The position numbers were made by a program, and so were the translations under genes. DNA of 64,000 nt from Hormiphora californensis. Taxonomy: Eukaryota; Animalia; Ctenophora. Numbering within the stretch: position 1 is the first letter of the stretch; every line of letters begins with the position of its first letter. The notes beneath the pieces are model-generated. The model made no database searches. It worked only from the letters and a program-made list of their open reading frames with translations, and was not told the origin of the DNA. Below, piece by piece: positions 46,628 through 64,000 of the stretch. The stretch spans positions 1,860,001-1,924,000 of the forward strand of contig CM035354.1 of the NCBI GenBank assembly GCA_020137815.1, read 5' to 3'.

Positions 46628-48064
46628 ATGATCACGAGAAGTCGAAGTATGACCAACATCTACCCTTCGTCTCCTTCGTCTCCAACAACTCCGGTATGTA
46701 AAACCAAAGACCCCAACATCCCACCGAACTCCTTGATCGGAACAACCCTCTTCCCTACCGCCCTTTCCTCCACTCCACATCCTGTGTCCTTTCACGGCCA
46801 ACCTAACACTCCCTACCATATGACCACCGCTGCAAAGCCATGTCTGTGCGGAAGCAACGTACAGGATTCCAATGGAGTCATGCACTGCAAGGTATGCAAT
46901 GTTGACTATCATGCTGAGTGTGTTGGACTGAAATTTCTCGTGGCTGCGTTAGACCTCGTTCCCCAAGGTAGTGAAGTTTTCAAAACACCTGATTGGACTT
47001 GTCCATCTTGTATTTACACTGCCCAATTACTAACACCCGGCAACTCGTTACTCAATGCTATTGCTGAGAAAGTAGCCCAAATGATTGGATCCACACTAAA
47101 CCCTATCCAAGCCACATTCAACCCTATTGAATCCTCCCTAACCACTGCCACTACCCAACAGCCTGAACTCGAGCCAACAAACGTAGCAGATGCTACTATT
47201 GTTCCCGCAGAACCTGCATGGTTTGTTGCCGGTCAGAAGAAGCCCACGCAGCGCCAAAACAAGCAGCCACTTCTAGCAACGCCGATTCCTAAATCTGCCC
47301 CACCCCCACCGGCCCCAACAGTGCCCCGTGAGAAGTCCCACAGAATAAGAATCTCATGTGGAACAAATGACCCTGAGAACATCTCGAAGACCCTAACCAC
47401 TTGCCTAGCAAAGACTCCTATGCTCTTCATGGATACAAACCATGCTGCAGAAGTCAGGGTAGGTTTCCCTGAATCAACTAATATCGAAGCAGTCAAGGAT
47501 CTGGTCACCAAATCGATTCCCGAGGATGCCATCATGTCTGTGATCTCTGGAACTGCCAAGGTCACGATTCTCAATGTTCCGGAAAATATAGAGAGCTTGA
47601 CAACGAAAGAGGCCAAAGATCGAGTACTCACTACTCTGCAACAGAAAAACCCATGTCTAGTATCACCGGATGTTACTGTGGTTTACATAAAAAGCCATTT
47701 CCAAAACAAGGAAAAGTGTACAGTTGCCTTAAGACTCCCTATTCCCCTCCAAAAACGTCTTCTCGAAACAGGAAAGGTGTACTATGCCTGGTCCCGACTG
47801 AATGTAGTTGAACGATACCATATACCACAGTGTTTCAAGTGTCATGGGTTTAAACACAAAACAGCGGACTGTACTAGCACTGTTCTGGTGTGTAAACTCT
47901 GCGGCGATGACCACGATGTTAAAACCTGCACCAACCGAGATAAGAAGTTCTGTGTCAATTGCAACAAGTCTCAAACTTTTAAAACACGAGCCAGAGATCA
48001 TCACAGTGGAGAACGGCTGTGCCCATTCCGCCTATCCCTCATTGAAGAACAGGCAAAAAACTAG
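46628..48064 (+). CDS. LINE ORF1 protein with a PHD finger and C-terminal zinc knuckles
   Basis: PHD finger CLC..CKVC..HAEC..WTCPSC; knuckles CFKCHGFKHKTADC, CKLCGDDHDVKTC and CVNC..H..C. Confidence 0.9.
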   Translation: MITRSRSMTNIYPSSPSSPTTPVCKTKDPNIPPNSLIGTTLFPTALSSTPHPVSFHGQPNTPYHMTTAAKPCLCGSNVQDSNGVMHCKVCNVDYHAECVGLKFLVAALDLVPQGSEVFKTPDWTCPSCIYTAQLLTPGNSLLNAIAEKVAQMIGSTLNPIQATFNPIESSLTTATTQQPELEPTNVADATIVPAEPAWFVAGQKKPTQRQNKQPLLATPIPKSAPPPPAPTVPREKSHRIRISCGTNDPENISKTLTTCLAKTPMLFMDTNHAAEVRVGFPESTNIEAVKDLVTKSIPEDAIMSVISGTAKVTILNVPENIESLTTKEAKDRVLTTLQQKNPCLVSPDVTVVYIKSHFQNKEKCTVALRLPIPLQKRLLETGKVYYAWSRLNVVERYHIPQCFKCHGFKHKTADCTSTVLVCKLCGDDHDVKTCTNRDKKFCVNCNKSQTFKTRARDHHSGERLCPFRLSLIEEQAKN

Positions 48065-48066
48065 AT

Positions 48067-51011
48067 ATGTCTAAAGTTCCCTCTCTTAGTTTCGGAAACA
48101 TCAACTGCTGCTCGATTCGCAACAAAACAGAGGAAGTCTTGGTACTAACTATGGATCAGGAAATAGATGTGATGTGTGTAACCGAATCTTGGCTATCTCC
48201 AAAAGAATCTGCTCTATCAAAGGAGATAGAAGAATTCCCCTACAAGCTGCTCAGTGTTCCTCGCGGTAGCAGAGGTGGTGGAGTTGCCATTGTTTACAGG
48301 AAAGAACTAAAAGTGAAACGATGTAAATCTCGTAAAGTCTTCTCGAGCTTTGAGTTGCTGGAAGCAATACTTGATGGACCTGGAATAGACCTGACGAGAG
48401 TTGCTGTTATCTACCGTCCCCCTGATTCTTCCAAACAGGCGATCTTCCTTGAGGAGTTCGAGGAGTTTCTTTCAGTGTTTTCATCGAAGTCTGGACATCA
48501 TCTGATAACTGGTGACTTTAATGTTCACGTGGAAAAACTGCTCTGTCCATTTGCCCAAAGTTTCTTGCAAATGCTTGAGGATCATTGTTGGATACAGCAT
48601 GTTCGAGAACCGACTCACCTCCACGGGGGCACCCTTGATCTAGTACTGACAAAAGATGTCCCACTTCTTGACTCTTTGAATGTCACACCTACCCCTGAAG
48701 TACCCGACCACTTCTTAGTTGACTTCAAAATTCATTGTGGCTCAGCAAACGGGATCAAACATAAGAAAACGATCACTGGCCGCTCGATGAAACGAGTCTC
48801 TACTGAATTGGTGCGGGATATGATTCTGAAATCAAAACTGTGTCAATCTCCGCTTCCTGAATCAGTCGATGAATGTGTCAAACTGTATAACACCATACTT
48901 GAAGACATACTTGACCAGTTAGCACCGATTGAGGAGAAAGTTGTTTCGGAAGCCTCTAAGCCCCCTTGGTTTACTCAAGAGTGCTATGATGCTCTACACA
49001 AACGCCGAAAAGCAGAGCGGAAGTACAAGTCAGCGTACAAGAAAGCCCTTAAACAGAAGCAAAAGAACAAACCAGTCTGCCACGAAAAAGTTCTAATAGC
49101 TGAAAAGTTGTTCATAGCTGAGATCCGGTTTACTAAAACTGTATTCAATCGCACCAGAAGAGAATTCTTCCAACAGCGTCTAGAGGCAGCAGACGGAAAT
49201 CATGCTGCGTTGTATCAAATCCTAAACCACCTGCTCGGAAAGGAAAAGACACCGACCCAACTCCCCTCCACTGACGATCCAGATGGGCTTCCAGACCGGA
49301 TGATCGACTTTTTCACTTCCAAGATCGCGGCAATCTATGAGAAAATTCAGCTTGATCCGGATTTCACAGCCGATCTTCCTGAACTGACACCGCGACTAGA
49401 AACAGATGCAGAGTTGCCAAAGTTTGCGAAATTTCAACCTGTCTCCGATTCGATGCTGGCTGCTACTGTCCGTGCTATGAACAAGAAATACTGTACCCTG
49501 GACCCTATGCCAACTTCATTCGTCAATGATGCTTTTCCAGCCCTCATTCCAATAGTCTCTAAGATTGTGAACACCAGTCTCACCAAAGGAGAAGTCCCTG
49601 ATAGCTTAAAGTCTGCTGTTATTCGTCCATCATACAAAAACAGTGACCTAGACCCTGATGAACTTAATAGTTATCGACCAATCTCAAACCTTTCGTTCAT
49701 CTCGAAGGTCCTGGAGAAATGCGTCGCTGACCAGCTTACTGACTACGTGGAGAGTAATGGACTGTTCAGTGAAGTTCAATCTGCTTATCGATCGAAACAT
49801 AGCTGTGAAACGGCCACTATCAAGATAGTAAACGACATACTTGTGCAGCTGGATAAAAAGACCAAGGTCATCCTAGTTCTTCTGGACCTTTCAGCGGCCT
49901 TTGACACCATATCTCATGCCAAGCTACTACACCGCCTGAAACATGATTATGGAGTGACTGGAAAGGTATTGAGCTGGATTGAATCATATCTTACTAATCG
50001 AACAGCTAGAGTAAAGATAGGTTCGGTCGAGTCAGAAGCAAAGTCTATCAGCATTGGTGTTCCTCAGGGTTCCATCCTGGGGCCCCTCTTGTTCATACTA
50101 TACACCAGAGATCTACAGAAAATAGCGGAACTATATGGTCTCAGCCTGCACATGTATGCGGATGATTCTCAACTTTCGATAGCTTTCACACCAGAAACAT
50201 TCGATGATGTGATAAAGAAAGTTCAGAGCTGTGTGTCTCACATTCGTCTCTGGATGACACAGAACCTGTTGAAGTTGAATCCGGATAAAACAGAAGTTCT
50301 TATCCTACGAAACAAATGGGATAAATCTACCAGTGATGCCACACTGAACATTGCACAAGAAGAAACGGAAGTCAAACCAGTTGCTAAGAATCTCGGCGTC
50401 ATGGTCGATAGCGAACTCACGATGTCCCAGCACGTCTCCAGAGTTGTTCAGTCGTGCAACTACCAACTCGTCAACATGTGGAGAATTGCAGGCAAACTGA
50501 ACCAAAAAGCAAAAGACCCAACTTGTGAACTCACTGATACACTCAAAGATTGATTATTGTAGCGCTCTACTGATAGGTCTCAAAGACAAGGATGTGAAGC
50601 GTCTTCAGAAGCTACAGAACTCTGCCACTCGCTTTGTCCATGGTAAACGTAGCAGACGTGGTGTAACAGATCTACGGAAAAAATCCCACTTCCTACCTGT
50701 TAGACACAGAATAGAATATAAGATCTGTATGATGGTATACAAATCCCTGAATAATGGGACGCCTGGATACATATCAGAAATGCTACAAAGACGGAACAAA
50801 AACCGATGAGTTTAAGAGTCGATTGTGACACGACAAGACTGGAAGAGGTACACAGTAACTACAACTACAAAACCACTGAGAGAGCTTTTAGTATAGCTGC
50901 TCCGAGGATCTGGAATCGCCTACCTAAAGAAATTCGAACCACAGAAACCTTGCCGATGTTTAAAAAGGCCTTGAAACCCATATGTTTACTTTGGCTTATG
51001 GACCTGAATAA
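48067..51011 (+). CDS. LINE ORF2: AP endonuclease plus reverse transcriptase, with three frameshifts near the C-terminus
   Basis: APE motifs VTESWL, GGGVAI, IYRPP, TGDFN, TLDLV, PDH. RT motifs YRPISNLSFISKVLEK, QSAYR..HSCETA, LLDLSAAFDTI, GVPQGSILGP, YADD. Shifts at ~50505, ~50800 and ~50975. Confidence 0.93.
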
Positions 51012-52664
51012 ACCTCACTCGGCATTATATCAGTACCCGCACCATCTTCCCGGCACAAATCTACCTGCATCATTTCCTGGGCACCCAGTCCAGTTAACTT
51101 CACAGTAAATCTGTTGTTTTCCCCCAGGCTCCAGCTCCGCACATAAACGCCTCATTATTCCCTGCCTATAATATTCCTTGCATGCGGTTCTAAATCTGAT
51201 CCTGTTTCACAACTTTTGGGAAATATATCCCTCCCTTGGCCTTACCTGGTTCGTTCCTGGGTTCCCGTGTCCTGTCTGCTGTCTCTCGCTATCACTGCCA
51301 CCACTACCCTACTTCCAGACCCACACTCCAGCTCCCTTATATCCCACCTATGACCTGCTGACACAATCCTACATCATTTCTTCCTGGAACTAAATAGTCT
51401 GCCTCCCTGTCCTTACCTGGTTCGTACCTAGGTTCTCGTGTCCTGTCTGCTGTCTCTCGCTACCATTGCCACCACGCCCTATTTCCAGACCCACACTCCA
51501 GCTCCCCTATATCCCACCTATGACCTGCTTTCTCAATCCTACATCATTTCTTCCTGCAGTTCCATGGAACTAAATAGTCTGCCTCCCTGTCCTTACCTGG
51601 TTCGTTCCTGGGTTTCCCGTGTCCTAGGTGCTGTCTTTTCTTCCAGACCCTCTCTCCAGCTTCCTTACATCCCACCTGACCTACTGTCTCTACTCTGCAC
51701 CATTCCTTCCTATATTCCTTCCTACATCCCTTCCTACTTTCTACACCATTCCTTCCTACATCTACCTGAGACTTAGTAGAGGGACCACCTATGACTGAGT
51801 CAATGAGTTAATATTTTCAAGTGTGCATTTTGTGTAAATTGTTAACATTTTCTGGCCTCTGAGTTGTTTAGCAGAGTTTGAGTAGCTGAGGTTCCAGACT
51901 GGCTGAGTTTTATGCCGAAGAATGAAGAAAGAAGACCATACACACCGTTTTTCTCAATACGTTTTTCTCGATAAAAAACTTGTCAAGGATACCGTTTTTC
52001 TCAATACGTTTTTCTCGATAAAAAACTTGTCAAGGACTCTTCAGTGAGTGTGTGTTTGAAGGACAGCTAATTTATTATTTATTTATTACCGAATCTGTGT
52101 GTATGTGTTTGTGATTGTCTGTTTGTCTGTGAATGTGTTTGTACGTGTGTTAGTATGTTTTTGTATTAACCGTTTTGTATTGACTGCTGATGTTGTGTTT
52201 TGCGTCTGTGACTTTGTGTATTCTGTTTAATCTGTTTTTATGTTTGTCTGCTTGTTTTGTTAGTTCGTTACCTTGTTTTCTATAACCCCTTGTTCCTCGT
52301 ATTTTGTGCATCTAATGCTACTAGGATGTGTATCACTGTCTCTAAGTATTGTTTAAACCGCTTTAGGAAACCGCTGATGTGAACTGTATATTTTCACCTC
52401 TCAGCCTTGTATCACTTTATTAGTGTATGGTGTAAGAGCGGGACGAAGTTATATATTAATTGTGTGACTTTGTGATAAATTGTGCGTAAACTTAAACTTA
52501 AACTTAAACTTAAACTGAAAACATTAAAATGACCCTGATCGTGGGGGCTACGCCGGGCGTAGCACGCCCCTACATCCCCGCCCAGGCTGCGCATCTGGAC
52601 CATGTTTGTGGGAGTTTCACGCGCCTGAAGCCTGACTGTGGCTGCCGTCCCTGGCCCCGGACGT

Positions 52665-52890
52665 CCCTCTTAAAATATGGGTGTTTCAGCAATCAGCACT
52701 CACGGATTTTGGAATTAGAGCTAAGTATGGTTAGCGCTGAGGTTCGGTTTGGGGCCGGTTAGGTTTAGATTTCTAGTAGAAGAACTTTTAATTAGACAAA
52801 ACGATTAAGTGGTTTGGTGGTTAGAGCCATTTTAGTGCATGGTACTTTTTGGTAGGACGCACCTTTAAACAGGCCTCTAAACACCCAGAT
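52665..52890. repeat. Diverged copy of the 15.5-16.2 kb repeat family
   Basis: Shares cttaaaat.tgggtgttt, aattag.caaaacg.tt.agtggtttggtggttagagccattttagtg and aaacaggcctc.aaacacccagat. Confidence 0.75.
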
Positions 52891-53530
52891 GACCAGATAT
52901 TATAGTAAGGCCCCAGTTAGAGATTCGATTACTAATTTCAATGCAGTTCACATCGAAATTCCTGCTGGTCATCGAAGATGTCGCGCGCAGCATGGTTCAT
53001 CAGGAGTCTCCCAGCTAGATACTGGCGTCAGTTTGCTGCAGCCTGGTGTCAGTTTCCAATCTGCAACTGGAGCGTTACAGTGCTCGCTCACTGCAAAAGA
53101 TCCGAAGATGTGAAGAAGAAAAATGTGGAAAGGGGCAAACGTTTCCCATGAATTCATCTTTCCTGGGCGGCGTCAGACATTCTTGGAGGCTGTGAAGTCA
53201 CTGATCATATTTGCGAGTTTCTAAAGCCAATAGTACTATCGAGTATCGATACGGGATATAAAATTCAGCTAAGCAAAAGTCTCACCCTTAATTGTGATGT
53301 TAATTGGCCACAGACACTGCATGCTATCGCTTTTTGTCCGGTATCTAAGTTCACGTGTTGAGCGCATCATCAATTCACAAGCACTCCATCCCCCGACTCT
53401 TTGTTCACTGTCTTTATCCGATATCTTTGTAGCTCGATATCATCTCTCCACCTTTTGATACCTCCCAGTCGTGTTATCTGCTAAATTGATCTTTTTCGTA
53501 TAGGATAGCCCAGATTTTATATGAAAACTC

Positions 53531-63715
<10,185 letters not shown>

Positions 63716-64000
63716 TTTATTATGTTTACAGGGATGACTTTATGCTCCAATAGCTCGAATTGCTCCACATTATAATCTTAATATTCAGAGGGGAAGGGAA
63801 GATCGTGACAGCAAAAAGGGACGGCACATTACACAATCTCATATCTTTCCAGGCCAGATAAAATGAGGATAGTTCGGCCGCCTGACCAATATCATAAGGA
63901 GGTTGTAAATCTGTTTACCCACCCAAGATCCAAAATACCAACATCTCTTAACAAGCACTCCGTACTGCCCGGTGTGAGGCCAGAAAAACTGGACCATCAG

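Larger units (their letters stand above)
45923..52516 (+). mobile_element. Near full-length L2-clade (CR1 group) non-LTR retrotransposon; 5' boundary uncertain
   Basis: ORF1 plus ORF2 (APE-RT), a ~1.5-kb 3' UTR with ~170-bp internal repeats, and a (TAAACT)5 microsatellite tail. Confidence 0.9.

Noticed and set aside
44798-52516. LTR, DIRS, Polinton or Penelope element
   Set aside because: The coding region is APE plus L2-type RT with no integrase, tyrosine recombinase, protease, RNase H or GIY-YIG. The terminal repeats are the LINE 3' UTR.

Overview
Eukaryotic (animal) genomic DNA with compact GT-AG genes, abundant (GA)n/(CT)n microsatellites and many non-autonomous transposons. It is probably a cydippid ctenophore (Pleurobrachia-like); this is an inference from gene architecture and a recalled repeat family, not verified. 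Recognisable genes: ZFC3H1 (+, 5'-partial) with a complete, atypical cytochrome P450 nested antisense in one intron; CCDC146 (-); SPOP (+); a discoidin/F-type-lectin-like secreted protein; an intronless BK-channel beta-subunit-like membrane protein; an 843-aa repeat-rich orphan; and a doublecortin-domain gene. Mobile DNA: three nested DNA transposons (a foldback host, a 9-bp-TSD Mutator-like element and an 8-bp-TSD Merlin-like element), a Chapaev-like element with ~670-bp TIRs, other foldbacks/MITEs, and a near-intact L2-clade LINE. Best leads: (1) the LINE carries an inverted copy of its own ~1.1-kb 3' end upstream of ORF1; (2) SPOP has an in-frame tandem array of splice donors and lacks the N-terminal half of BTB; (3) the P450 lacks the I-helix acid-alcohol Thr; (4) the KCNMB-like protein; (5) Merlin ends are ready-made splice sites. 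Single-base frameshifts in several otherwise intact genes suggest assembly noise. All assignments are by eye.
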